A stretch of 64,000 nt of DNA, taken from positions 23 to 64,022 of the forward strand of contig MGHI01000005.1 of NCBI GenBank assembly GCA_001793155.1, in the 5' to 3' direction. The notes under the pieces were generated by a model, which made no database searches, had not been told where the DNA came from, and was given only the letters and a program-made list of their open reading frames with translations. Below, one piece after another: positions 10,887 through 20,403 of this stretch (the first letter of the stretch is position 1; every line of letters begins with the position of its first letter). The position numbers and the translations under genes are program-made. This DNA comes from Candidatus Woesebacteria bacterium RIFCSPLOWO2_01_FULL_39_61. Its GTDB lineage: Bacteria > Patescibacteriota > Microgenomatia > UBA8517.

Positions 10887-11279
10887 ATGAAAGATTTATT
10901 GATAATTCTTGGGAAAAGTGTTTCAGGAGTATCTTTAGGCGACAGCGAACAACAAGTACTAGCCAAGTTAGGTGAGCCTAAAGCTAGAACCAAAACTGAG
11001 GTTGGTTGGTATATATTGGACTACGGGATATTGAAGGTTTGGATTGATCCCGATAAAGTCGAACAAATTGGTTCGTATAAAGGCTATGTTGGAAAAACAG
11101 AGGATGGTATAGGGATAGGAACCACAAGGGACGAATTAAAAAGAAAATCGGGTCTGGACATTGCCTACCACAAAGACGATGATTACTGGGAATTTATAAG
11201 TAAGCCAGGTACTCTTTTCGAGTTTGGAAAAGATGAGAAGGGAGGAGAAATTATAAATACGATATACATAGCAACCTAG
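10887..11279 (+). CDS. Hypothetical protein
   Basis: 130-aa ORF with own TTGACA-17-TAGTAT promoter; GVSLGDS and GIGIGTT repeats. Confidence 0.65.
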   Translation: MKDLLIILGKSVSGVSLGDSEQQVLAKLGEPKARTKTEVGWYILDYGILKVWIDPDKVEQIGSYKGYVGKTEDGIGIGTTRDELKRKSGLDIAYHKDDDYWEFISKPGTLFEFGKDEKGGEIINTIYIAT

Positions 11280-11333
11280 AGTAGAAGAAAGAATACAAGA
11301 AGATAAAGCCCAATGCATTGAAATAGAATTTTT

Positions 11334-11645
11334 ATGACCCCTGAAGAATATACAGAACTAGTTACAAAAATATACAAATTAATAACTTCGGAAGCAGATA
11401 AAGCATTAACCGATAAAAATAGTTATATGCTTTATCCGAGGCTGGTGACAATGTATGAATTTTTTAGATTATTAAGAGGTGAAAGCTTTACGGATATAAG
11501 ACCACCCACTCCTGAAAAGCAGAGTGAATTTTACAAGATGGAAGACGATATAAGTAAAAGATTACAAAAAATTAAGGACAATTTGGATTTTAACGACGAA
11601 AAAGTGAAATTTTACATCGAGGAGGCAAAGAAAAGATATTTATAG
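11334..11645 (+). CDS. Hypothetical protein
   Basis: 103-aa ORF with TAGAAT just upstream of ATG. Confidence 0.6.
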   Translation: MTPEEYTELVTKIYKLITSEADKALTDKNSYMLYPRLVTMYEFFRLLRGESFTDIRPPTPEKQSEFYKMEDDISKRLQKIKDNLDFNDEKVKFYIEEAKKRYL

Positions 11646-11740
11646 ATATTATCAACTGTATTTTTCTATAAAACATTTAAGGTAATTTTCATTCTGCAAC
11701 ACTTTGGTTAAAACGGTTCTCACAAACCACCTAGCAATTA

Positions 11741-12112
11741 TTAGTTCTCGTTTGGTAGTTTCAACTCCTTGAAAGTGCCGTTTTCGTTATAAACCATGCT
11801 TTTACCTTCTCTCGCCATTGGTCCGTTAATAACCTTGTTATCGTTAAGATCATATATTTCAATTGCTTCGGTGGGTGACTGTTGTGCTAATTCAATAAAT
11901 TTGTTTAACGGCATCTTATTTTGTGCTTCAGGTTTAACCCACGGCATTTTGTCAAAAAAGAAAAAATCAGGATAAGTGTTTGCAAGTTCTAAATCCTCAT
12001 CCACTGCATCATCAATACTAATGCAAAAGCTTATGCATTTTCCGTCGGATGTTACAACACCTTCACTAATTGCCCAACCATTGTCGGAGACGGCATGTCT
12101 TATGGGTTTCAA
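11741..12112 (-). CDS. Hypothetical protein
   Basis: 123-aa ORF; strong AAGGAGGTG SD before TTG. Confidence 0.6.
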   Translation of the reverse strand: MKPIRHAVSDNGWAISEGVVTSDGKCISFCISIDDAVDEDLELANTYPDFFFFDKMPWVKPEAQNKMPLNKFIELAQQSPTEAIEIYDLNDNKVINGPMAREGKSMVYNENGTFKELKLPNEN

Positions 12113-12156
12113 TTTTTTTCACCTCCTTAAATTACATTACTAAGACTATCAATGTA

Positions 12157-12205
12157 CAGACACTTTGGTTAAAAACAGTCTCCATGGGCATACTTCAGTT
12201 TAGCA
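12157..12205 (-). repeat. Duplicated promoter + 5' end of the GT39 gene (MPMETVFNQSV); second partial copy at 11699-11723
   Basis: rc TGCTAAACTgaagtATGCCCATGGAGACTGTTTTTAACCAAAGTGTCTG versus gene start ATGCTCGAAACAGTATTTAACCAAAGCATCTG and TGCTAAACTGAA at 10793. Confidence 0.75.
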
Positions 12206-12243
12206 TGTAATATGAGGTCAAAAGAAGTTATATAATATCGCTA

Positions 12244-13182
12244 ATGAAAAAGGCCGTTGTAACCGGTGGCGCTGGATTTATTGGGAGTCATCTTTGTGAT
12301 GCATTAATTGCGAGGGGACTGAAAGCTGTCTGTGTCGACAGTTTAATAACCGGTTCAAGAAAAAACATAAGTCATTTAATAAGAAATCCTAACTTTAAGT
12401 TTATTAAGTTAGACACAGTAAAAGATAAAATCACAGAAAAGGATATAGATTATATTTTTCACCTGGCTTCGCCTGCATCACCTGTTGATTATCAGAGATA
12501 TTCCGAAGAAACAGCGCTTGTTAATTCTTTGGGAACATTGAACACGCTAAAATTAGCAGTAAAAAATAAGGCTCGATTACTTTTTGCATCAACATCTGAA
12601 ATTTATGGGGACCCTTTAGAGCATCCGCAAAAGGAAACTTATTGGGGAAACGTAAACTCCTTTGGGCCCCGAAGTTGTTATGACGAAGGCAAACGATTCG
12701 GCGAAGCAATAACCTATGTATATATTAAAAAGTATGGGGTTGATGCACGGATTGTTCGAATCTTCAATACCTACGGTCCCCGAATGCAGAAAGATGACGG
12801 GCGTGTAATTAGCAATTTTATAAATCAGGCGATTAATTCCAGGCCGATTACCATTTATGGAAACGGCTCACAAACCAGATCATTCTGTTATGTATCGGAT
12901 TTGGTCGAGGGAATCGAAAAAGTAATGTTTACTGATGGTCTTGGTGGCGAAATATTTAACTTGGGGAATCCTGAAGAATATACAATAGTTGGTTTGGCTG
13001 AGAAAATTAAAAAACTCACGGGTTCTAAAAGCAATGTGGTGTTTAAACCTCTTCCGATTGACGACCCTCTGCGTCGGCGCCCGGACATTTCAAAGGCAAA
13101 AAAAATCCTCGGATGGAAGCCTGAAGTGTCCTTAGAGGAAGGTCTGAAAGCTACAATTAACTATTACAAAAGTATACAGTGA
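12244..13182 (+). CDS. UDP-glucuronate decarboxylase-like NAD-dependent epimerase/dehydratase
   Basis: TGGAGFIGSHL, HLASPASP, GPRSCYDEGKR, RIFNTYGPRM. Confidence 0.93.
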   Translation: MKKAVVTGGAGFIGSHLCDALIARGLKAVCVDSLITGSRKNISHLIRNPNFKFIKLDTVKDKITEKDIDYIFHLASPASPVDYQRYSEETALVNSLGTLNTLKLAVKNKARLLFASTSEIYGDPLEHPQKETYWGNVNSFGPRSCYDEGKRFGEAITYVYIKKYGVDARIVRIFNTYGPRMQKDDGRVISNFINQAINSRPITIYGNGSQTRSFCYVSDLVEGIEKVMFTDGLGGEIFNLGNPEEYTIVGLAEKIKKLTGSKSNVVFKPLPIDDPLRRRPDISKAKKILGWKPEVSLEEGLKATINYYKSIQ

Positions 13183-13189
13183 ATAAATT

Positions 13190-13249
13190 TTACTCCGGAA
13201 AAATTTTATTTGCGAAGACAAACTCGGCGGTGGTTTTACCAACAACGCG
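13190..13249 (-). pseudogene. Diverged duplicate C-terminus of the adjacent SGNH gene
   Basis: rc encodes GKTTAEFVFANKIFPE* versus SRTIADFIFSKKIFPE*. Confidence 0.75.
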
Positions 13250-13293
13250 CAAGCGGTGTCAAGCTTTATACATCGTATTTGATAATCCGGGAT

Positions 13294-14151
13294 CTATTCT
13301 GGGAATATTTTCTTACTGAAAATAAAATCTGCTATGGTTCGGCTTATTAGATCAACCCCTGCAGCAGACGGGTGGATATAATCATCGGGATTTATGTACT
13401 TCAAGTCTGCTTCACCTTGGGGAGTCAGCGATTTTTCGTAAACGTTAATCAGAGGGATTTGTTTTTCTCTGGCATACTCGATTACTTTATTAATATAGAC
13501 GATTCTTTCTTCAGCCCATTCGGCTCTTTCTATGGGTGTCAGGTCGTATACACCTTTTGCAAAAAGGGTTTTTGAAGGTGCAATTGGCGTCATTATGGTA
13601 ACAACTGCCTCAGGTTTTTTTAGAATAATTTGTTTTATACTTTCATCCAGAGTGCTTATGTGTTTAGCCAATCCTTCCCCGTCAGAGTATTGAGGCAGAG
13701 GATTATAGGCAAAAGTCTCAATTATTATAAGGTCGAATCCCTGCGACAAAATGGATTGAAACTTTTGTTCTTTGTAAGTTGTTTCCTGCGATAATCTTTC
13801 GGGTAGAGTTTCAATGCTTGTTGCTCCGAAGCCGTAGTTATAATTAACAAATTCATGTTCGGGATAAAGTTCGATTAGGTGTTGGCGTAAAAGCTGAGCA
13901 TTCGGGCCGAGGGAAGCGATTATGGAATCTCCGACAAGCATTATTCTGTATGCGCGTGAGTAAGGAATTTTCGGTGGGTTATAGGGAAACGGATTAAAGG
14001 GCGTCGGCGTAGGGGAGGGAGCCGGAATAAAACCTTGTGCAGGATAAACGGTTTGTGGTTTTTGAGCACCGGATAAAAATATGATAAATATAAAAAAAAG
14101 AATTGAAATCGAGAGAAGTTCTATCAGAATATTTTTTTTCAAAACTTCCAT
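13294..14151 (-). CDS. Membrane-anchored SGNH/GDSL hydrolase
   Basis: LVGDSI block I and DYIHPS block V. Confidence 0.85.
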   Translation of the reverse strand: MEVLKKNILIELLSISILFFIFIIFLSGAQKPQTVYPAQGFIPAPSPTPTPFNPFPYNPPKIPYSRAYRIMLVGDSIIASLGPNAQLLRQHLIELYPEHEFVNYNYGFGATSIETLPERLSQETTYKEQKFQSILSQGFDLIIIETFAYNPLPQYSDGEGLAKHISTLDESIKQIILKKPEAVVTIMTPIAPSKTLFAKGVYDLTPIERAEWAEERIVYINKVIEYAREKQIPLINVYEKSLTPQGEADLKYINPDDYIHPSAAGVDLISRTIADFIFSKKIFPE

Positions 14152-14245
14152 CCATCCATTGTATCGGATTTAAAAACAAAATTTTCCGTAGGTTGTTTCG
14201 TTTGTTATCTAATAAGCTTTAAAGTAAAATAAAACCAATTTAATT

Positions 14246-14821
14246 ATGTCCGTAAAAATTACATATTTTGTTCACGGAACAACAACTGACAACGAAAAAG
14301 ATATTTCTTCCGGCTGGTCGGATGTTGAACTTTCCGAGTTAGGTAAGAGGCAAGCGAAAGATTTAAAAGAAAAAATAAAAGATAAGCAAAAACTTGGCCA
14401 AGCTGGACTTGGTAAAAAATTTGATGTTGTGTTTTGTTCCGATTTAAAAAGAGCGGTTGATTCTGCAAACCTTGCTTTTGGCGGAACAGTTGCGATTATT
14501 AAAGATGAAAGATTGCGTGAGTGCAATTATGGGGATTATAACGGTAAACCCGAGAAGGTTGTCGAGCCATTGCAGGAAGAAAATATTGAAAAGAGATTTC
14601 CTAACGGCGAAAGCTACGAAGATGTAAAGGAAAGAATTCAGGATTTTCTGGGTTTTCTCAAAGAAAAATATGGCGGAAAATCCGTTGCAATTGTAGGTCA
14701 TAAAGCACCGCAATTGGCGCTAGACGTTTTATTAAAAGGCAAAACTTGGAAAGAAGCTTTTGCCCAGGATTGGAGGAAGAAAAAAGCCTGGCAACCAGGT
14801 TGGGATTATATTTTAGGATAA
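14246..14821 (+). CDS. Histidine phosphatase (phosphoglycerate mutase family)
   Basis: FVHGTTTDN, CSDLKRA, LRECNYG, GES, VGH motifs. Confidence 0.88.
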   Translation: MSVKITYFVHGTTTDNEKDISSGWSDVELSELGKRQAKDLKEKIKDKQKLGQAGLGKKFDVVFCSDLKRAVDSANLAFGGTVAIIKDERLRECNYGDYNGKPEKVVEPLQEENIEKRFPNGESYEDVKERIQDFLGFLKEKYGGKSVAIVGHKAPQLALDVLLKGKTWKEAFAQDWRKKKAWQPGWDYILG

Positions 14822-14863
14822 TTTGTCCTAGGGATATTCGACACTCTTCAAAATAGCCACTCC

Positions 14864-14893
14864 TTACTCTATTGATTCGAATCAATAGAGTAA
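14864..14893. repeat. Perfect 30-bp palindrome
   Basis: TTACTCTATTGATTCGAATCAATAGAGTAA equals its own reverse complement. Confidence 0.9.
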
Positions 14894-14961
14894 AAATAAA
14901 TTTGTGTTTATTTCCAAATTAGCTCCGCTAAATAATCAGTGATAGAATACTCTGAAATTAT

Positions 14962-15843
14962 ATGAGTAGAGTAGAAATTTCATCTTTGACAGAAGGTCCA
15001 ATAAAGTCTTGTGCGAGAGTAGATGTTGAAAGGATTGAAATTGGTGAAATGGGACCCAAATGGAGTAGGCGCTGGATGATTGTTGATTCCGATGGAAAAT
15101 TTATGCTTTCAGATAAACACCCAAAAATGGTTTTTGTAGAACCTCAAGTATCAGAAACAGATAATGTACTCGTTTTAAAGGGAAGAGGATATGGGCACCA
15201 AGTTGATATTCCCATTCGAGACGAAGGGCCACGGCGAATTGTCGAGATGTTTAATTCCGGTATGAGGTATGAGGCGGTTGATGATGGGGAAGAAGCAGCA
15301 AATTGGCTTGGCGAATACTTAAACATTGATGGAGCGCGGCTTGTGCACATGCCGGCAGACGTTATCCGCCACGATGGCCGAGGTCTTGCCAGATTTAATT
15401 TTGCCGATAGTTGGTCAATGTCTTTGGGGAATGTCGCATCTTTGGATGAATTAAACAGAAGGATAGTTGCAATCGGAAGAAGTCCTGTTTCCAAGGAGCG
15501 ATTTGGTCATGATATGTGGATAACTGGCGCTGGTTCTTTTGCTGAAGATTTGTGGGGAAAAATTAAGGTAAACGGGCAAGTGATTGTTGTTGTAAAGCCT
15601 ATTGAGCGCTGTTCCAGAACCTTAGTCAAAAGGGAAGTTGAAGTGGCGGATGAACTTCTCAAAAAAGATAAAGAACCCCTCGCAACATTGGCTACATTCA
15701 GAAAAGATTCTCAAAGTGTAAAAACAATATTTGGACAAAAACTGGCTCCCGAATGGACAGGTGAACCCCAAGAAATCCATGTAGGGGATAAAGTTGAAGT
15801 AGTAGTTTACAAAGCGCCTCCTGACTTAATAAGTTCAAAATAA
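14962..15843 (+). CDS. MOSC-domain protein (YcbX/mARC-like)
   Basis: PIKSC, RRWMIVD, FAD, ERF, RC, FGQ, IHVGDKV. Confidence 0.88.
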   Translation: MSRVEISSLTEGPIKSCARVDVERIEIGEMGPKWSRRWMIVDSDGKFMLSDKHPKMVFVEPQVSETDNVLVLKGRGYGHQVDIPIRDEGPRRIVEMFNSGMRYEAVDDGEEAANWLGEYLNIDGARLVHMPADVIRHDGRGLARFNFADSWSMSLGNVASLDELNRRIVAIGRSPVSKERFGHDMWITGAGSFAEDLWGKIKVNGQVIVVVKPIERCSRTLVKREVEVADELLKKDKEPLATLATFRKDSQSVKTIFGQKLAPEWTGEPQEIHVGDKVEVVVYKAPPDLISSK

Positions 15844-15906
15844 TTTGTCAGGGATGTTCGACGCTCTTCAAATAAGCTTTGGTTTAATTCATGGTAAAAT
15901 TGGCCT

Positions 15907-16246
15907 GTGGATTTTATAGATAATAAACTTAGTAAAGATGAAATTATAAATCTGCGCAGAAAGTACGGTGACTACATAAAGCTTACTGTTGATGTAGAAA
16001 ATAAGTGGTTGGTTATAGGCGGAGAACTTCACGCAGACGGCGAAAAAATATTACTTGGAAGAGGAAGCAAACAAAATGATATTTGGGGTGGAGGAATAAA
16101 TATGATTGATAAACAGGTTGACACAACGGCAGTACTTAATGTCCGGCCGCGCTTGGGGGAACAATAACTTGGAGATACTGGATAAAAGGACCCGAGAAAA
16201 AACACACGCAATTATACGAAAATATTTTAGGCTATTATGGCGCTAA
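15907..16246 (+). pseudogene. DUF5674-like protein with a +1 frameshift in a G5 run
   Basis: IKLTVDVE..GGELHADGE..LL..GSKQNDIWGG; removing one G at ~16157 restores NNNLEILD..IIRKYFRLLWR* overlapping the next ATG. Confidence 0.7.
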
Positions 16247-16479
16247 ACAAAAACGACAGGACGTTAGACGCAATTACCAATCTTTATCGGGCAGCATATT
16301 ATTTGTCCCTGGAGTCAAAAGAAACAGGGTTAAACTTTTTACAAAAGGCGAAAAAAATATTAGGAGACAAGATAAAATTGGACGTGAACAAGATAAGAAA
16401 ACAAGGCGAGGATAACTACTTATACTGGGCGGAAAAGATCTTAGACGAATACAAGAGACTAAAAACGAAGTTGTCCTAG
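16237..16479 (+). CDS. Small helical hypothetical protein paired with DUF5674
   Basis: 80-aa ORF; stop lies inside repeat A (TTG TCC TAG). Confidence 0.65.
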   Translation: MALNKNDRTLDAITNLYRAAYYLSLESKETGLNFLQKAKKILGDKIKLDVNKIRKQGEDNYLYWAEKILDEYKRLKTKLS

Positions 16480-16534
16480 GGACGTTTGACGTCCTTCAAA
16501 TTAGCTCCTGGTTAAGTATTGTAAAAGTAAGCCT

Positions 16535-17317
16535 TTACTCGACCAAAATCTGACCCTTCATGGTGTTTGCGTGGGGAGTGCAGTGGTAAGGGTAAATTCC
16601 TGGCTGACTAAAAGTAACCGAGTATGTGTCACCTTTTGAAAGATTGCGAGAATTTTGATCAGGATAGTATGAATGGGCTGGGTGGGAATCGGTATTTACG
16701 GTGTGGACTACATTATCTTGGTTGACCCAAGTTACTTTAGTTGCCTTTGAGACCCTGATCTTTGCAGGATTAAAGGCAAAATTCCTAAGATTTATTGTTA
16801 CTTCATCTTGTCCTGTCATGTCGACAAAGTTAGCGGCTTGGGTTCTATCGATCTTGAATTGAAACTGCCCGTCGTGACAGCTTCCGTCAGCCCAGCAGGC
16901 TTTATAGTCTACTGTATAAAAATCATCTGGAGCATCCGGAATGATTGCCCTGCGCATACTCAATTTGTTCGCATCGATAGTGGTTTTTCCGCTCGTTATA
17001 TCTATTGGCGACGTTGTTCCTGTTTTTGGATTTTTTACGCCGCTTGAATATACAATGATTTCAGACGGGGCAGCCAGATCAAAATTAAAATTGATGACAA
17101 CAAAAACTGGAGCCCCCGCAAGAATTGCTCCGTGTTCCGGAGTATTACTTTCATAATGAGCCGCTTTTTTGGGAATTGAAAAGTTATTAATATTTAAAGT
17201 TTCGTTTTGATCGTCATTTGAAGAAGTTATATTTTGGCGCGGCCCTTGACGAAGAAGAAAAAAAGCTCCTCCACCAAGAAGTAATATAACGATTATTACT
17301 AGTAATGCCTTGTTCAC
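16535..17317 (-). CDS. Membrane-anchored CopC-like + cupredoxin (plastocyanin-type) fusion
   Basis: HYESNTPEHGAIL..YTVDYKACWADG..GQFQF followed by FNPAKIRV..HTV..YHCTPH..M type-1 copper ligands. Confidence 0.8.
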   Translation of the reverse strand: MNKALLVIIVILLLGGGAFFLLRQGPRQNITSSNDDQNETLNINNFSIPKKAAHYESNTPEHGAILAGAPVFVVINFNFDLAAPSEIIVYSSGVKNPKTGTTSPIDITSGKTTIDANKLSMRRAIIPDAPDDFYTVDYKACWADGSCHDGQFQFKIDRTQAANFVDMTGQDEVTINLRNFAFNPAKIRVSKATKVTWVNQDNVVHTVNTDSHPAHSYYPDQNSRNLSKGDTYSVTFSQPGIYPYHCTPHANTMKGQILVE

Positions 17318-17417
17318 AGGAATTAATCTTAATAAAATTTTAGGAAATTGACAATAAGTTAAAAGATAAGTCTGTCCATGGAACGTTTGACGTCCTTCAA
17401 ATTACCTTCGGAAATTA

Positions 17418-17849
17418 TTACAAATACTTTATCATTAGCCAGAAGTTTTTCTTACTGAAGAATTTTTCTAAGAGTGTAACTTTTTTAAACCCTAATTTCT
17501 CATAGAACTTTACAGCTCTCCAATCTTCTCCAGTTTCCAAATACAAAAGATGTATATTGTTTTTTCTCGCGTATTTTACAGCTTTATCCATTAGCGCCTT
17601 TCCTATACCTGCGCCCCTTTCATTATGATCAACTATTAATTCAGCAATATAAAATACACCAGCCATGGTGTGGCCGGCCAACCCCCCAACAATTTTGCCG
17701 TTATCTTCTACTTTAATCCTGATCTTTTTAACGTCCCAATAATTCCAATCCAATTTTTTTCCATAGTGTTCCAGATGAACTAACTCCCATTCGTGTTTTT
17801 TAAACTCGCTTAATTTTTTATTACTTCTTTTTAGGAATGTTATCTTCAT
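17418..17849 (-). CDS. GNAT acetyltransferase
   Basis: LIVDHNERGAGIGKALM and AVKFYEKLGF. Confidence 0.9.
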   Translation of the reverse strand: MKITFLKRSNKKLSEFKKHEWELVHLEHYGKKLDWNYWDVKKIRIKVEDNGKIVGGLAGHTMAGVFYIAELIVDHNERGAGIGKALMDKAVKYARKNNIHLLYLETGEDWRAVKFYEKLGFKKVTLLEKFFSKKNFWLMIKYL

Positions 17850-17929
17850 AAGATTTGATAAAGGTAGTATAGTATTTTATTGCACATTTGTCTTCAAATT
17901 AGGTTCTGGGAATTTGTTATAAATTCATT

Positions 17930-18318
17930 ATGTCGAAAATAGTAATTGTTGACGAAAATGACGAAGTAATTGGTTCGGAAGATAAAGAAATTGCTTTTCA
18001 AAAAGGATTAATACGAAGAATTGTTAGGACATTTGTCTTCAACAGTATGGGTGAGTTGTTTCTTCAGAGGAGAAGTTCCAATAAGGATACTTAGAGCAAG
18101 AGTTTAAGAGAATGATTCTTAAAGAATTTAGTACACTTTTTACAACTGTTTTTAATGGAGACATAATGCCGAACAAGAAAGAACTGAGTGGAGGAAAATG
18201 GTTTGATTTAAAGAGAGTAGAAAAGATGTTGAAAGAAAATCCAAAAGAATTTCCTCCCGGGTTTATAGAAGCTTTTAACAGGTATCTAATAATGAAAAAA
18301 CGTTTGTCTTCAAATTAG
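17930..18318 (+). pseudogene. IDI-type NUDIX hydrolase with internal deletion
   Basis: MSKIVIVDENDEVIG..VFNSMGELFLQRRS..KDT* then out-of-frame C-terminus (ELSGGKWF..NPKEFPPGF); Nudix box absent. Confidence 0.75.
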
Positions 18319-18341
18319 CTACGGAGTATTAAAAGAGTAAT

Positions 18342-18608
18342 TTAAAGGTTAATTCCCAAGCCCTTGTAAATAAATTGTTTGATGAGTGTTTGATATGGCA
18401 TGTTCATTCTGTTGGCTTTGATTTTTACCTTTTCTATAATAGTTTCAGGAATCCTTATTGTCACAGAACGGGATGTAAGTTTTAAGTTTGGAAAAGACCA
18501 CTTCTCAAGGTTCGTGTAATCCACGTATTGGGTAGAATCGACATTCTGCCAAAACTCCCTTTCCTCTTTTTCTGACTTAAACTTTGGAATCTTTTTTAAC
18601 CTTTTCAT
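18342..18608 (-). CDS. brnA: BrnA/CopG-family antitoxin
   Basis: IPKFKSEKEEREFW..VTIRIP..MPYQTLIK. Confidence 0.85.
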   Translation of the reverse strand: MKRLKKIPKFKSEKEEREFWQNVDSTQYVDYTNLEKWSFPNLKLTSRSVTIRIPETIIEKVKIKANRMNMPYQTLIKQFIYKGLGINL

Positions 18609-18888
18609 ATTTTTGAGCCTCTTTTTTGTGCATTTTTCTTGCTGAAACTATACGGATCTTTTCCTTTCTTATTACAAAAACTACAAATAATTGTTTACCT
18701 TCTTGGGTTTTACCTAGAGCGATAAACCTTTTTTCTTTGTGAGAATGTTTTACGTCGGGAAGAACATAAAGTTCCTCACTGACAAAAATCTCTTCTGCTT
18801 CTTTTGGTGTGGTGCCGTGTTTTTCGTAACTTTTATCTAGATTGCCTTTGTCCCATTCGAAAGATACGGTCTTCGGCAATACACGCAT
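18577..18888 (-). CDS. brnT: BrnT-family toxin
   Basis: FEWDKGN..KHG..EAEEIF..RFIALG..IRIVSARKM. Confidence 0.9.
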   Translation of the reverse strand: MRVLPKTVSFEWDKGNLDKSYEKHGTTPKEAEEIFVSEELYVLPDVKHSHKEKRFIALGKTQEGKQLFVVFVIRKEKIRIVSARKMHKKEAQKYEKVKKDSKV

Positions 18889-19000
18889 TTGTACATATTA
18901 TGTATGTACATGATAATTTTGTCAAGGACAAAATTTGTCCTAGGGACGTTTGACGTCTTTCAAATTAACGCTAAGAGTAATTTGTTATAATGTAAAAATC

Positions 19001-19933
19001 ATGAAAGCGGTTCAGGTAAGTTCTTACGGCGGGCTGGAAGTTTTAGCAATTAATGAAGTTGTCAAACCCGAGCCTAAAGCAGGCCAGATTTTAGTAGAAG
19101 TTTATACAGCTAGTATCAATCCGCTTGATGTGGCTGTCATGTCAGGCTCTCTTAAAGACATGATGCCAATTGAATTGCCTTTTACACCTGGAGGAGATTT
19201 TGCCGGTGTTATTTCTGAGGTAGGGGAAGGAGTGGCCAATTTTGCGCTGGGGGATAAAGTATTCGGATCGGCAAATGTTGTGAATGGAGGAACCGGTTCA
19301 TTGGCGGAACTGGCCATAGCCAATGTGGTTAACACTGGGCGGATGCCCAAGATTAATTTCGAGACGGCTGCGGCTCTTCCTCTGGTAGGGAGCAGTGTGG
19401 TGCAGGCAATTGAAGAGCATATGCAACTTGCAGCAGGGCAGAAAATTTTAATTCACGGGGGAGCCGGGGGGATAGGGCACTTGGCAATTCAGCTTGCCAA
19501 ATCAATTGGTGCGTATGTTGCGACCACAGTTGGCACGGACAATGCTACATTTGCGAAGGAGTTAGGTGCTGATGAAGTGATTGACTACAAAAAACAGAAA
19601 TTTGAAGAAATGCTGCACGATTTTGATGCCGTGTATGACATGGTTGGCGGGGAAACGACGAATAAATCATTTTTAGTTTTGAAAAAGGGAGGAATCCTTG
19701 TTTCAATGTTAGGACAACCCAGTGAGGAATTAGCAAAAAGGAACGGCGTAACTGTAATCGGTCAAAATACGAAAACTCAGACAAAAAATTTGTCTCGGGT
19801 AGCAGGACTTGTGGACGGTGGAAAAATGAAAGTGAATATAGACAAAGTATTTCCTTTGACTGAAGTAAAAGAAGCATTTACTTATCAGAAAATAAATTCT
19901 CCCCGGGGGAAAGTAGTTATTAAAATCAAATAA
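19001..19933 (+). CDS. NADP-dependent MDR oxidoreductase (quinone reductase-like)
   Basis: SINPLD, GGDFAG, ILIHGGAGGIG, LGADEVIDY, RGKVVI; ATG at 19001 after TGTTATAAT. Confidence 0.9.
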   Translation: MKAVQVSSYGGLEVLAINEVVKPEPKAGQILVEVYTASINPLDVAVMSGSLKDMMPIELPFTPGGDFAGVISEVGEGVANFALGDKVFGSANVVNGGTGSLAELAIANVVNTGRMPKINFETAAALPLVGSSVVQAIEEHMQLAAGQKILIHGGAGGIGHLAIQLAKSIGAYVATTVGTDNATFAKELGADEVIDYKKQKFEEMLHDFDAVYDMVGGETTNKSFLVLKKGGILVSMLGQPSEELAKRNGVTVIGQNTKTQTKNLSRVAGLVDGGKMKVNIDKVFPLTEVKEAFTYQKINSPRGKVVIKIK

Positions 19934-19959
19934 TTTGTCTTCAAGTTATCCCCGTTTGA

Positions 19960-20349
19960 TTAGTTTGATTTTTCTAATAATTTTTTAATTTCTCCTAGGT
20001 AATAATCATCCCACCCTTTATCTATTGAGTCGAAATTTCTTGATGAAGCTCCGGAGTGTGTTAATTTTAGGGTAGTACAGCCCTCCTTATGGGTTAAAGT
20101 GAATGTAACTTTTGTGGCTGTTTCTGGATCGTCGTCCGAGTACCATTCCCGAACAAGCTTTTTTTCGGGAATAACTTCAAGGTTGGTCCCGTGGATTGAT
20201 CCGCCCCAAAGAGAAAACTTAAAATCTTTTTTATCGGTCATCTTTGCGGGCACTGCGCCCCACGCCTCAATTGTCTTAGGATTGGTGAGCGTATCCCATA
20301 CCTTAGTCTGTGGAGCGAAAATATGATATTCCTTTTTGATCACTTCCAC
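19960..20349 (-). CDS. SRPBCC/AHSA1-like protein
   Basis: VWDTLTNP, FSLWGG, KKLVREW, TTLKLTH, GW. Confidence 0.85.
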   Translation of the reverse strand: MEVIKKEYHIFAPQTKVWDTLTNPKTIEAWGAVPAKMTDKKDFKFSLWGGSIHGTNLEVIPEKKLVREWYSDDDPETATKVTFTLTHKEGCTTLKLTHSGASSRNFDSIDKGWDDYYLGEIKKLLEKSN

Positions 20350-20403
20350 TTATCGGATTATACAATATATTTGTCTTCAAATTAGCTTCGGAGTAAAATT
20401 TAA

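Noticed and set aside
18031-18042. ATTTGTCTTCAA match to repeat A inside the NUDIX pseudogene
   Set aside because: It encodes the conserved FVFN motif and lacks the ATTAGC half; probably chance.
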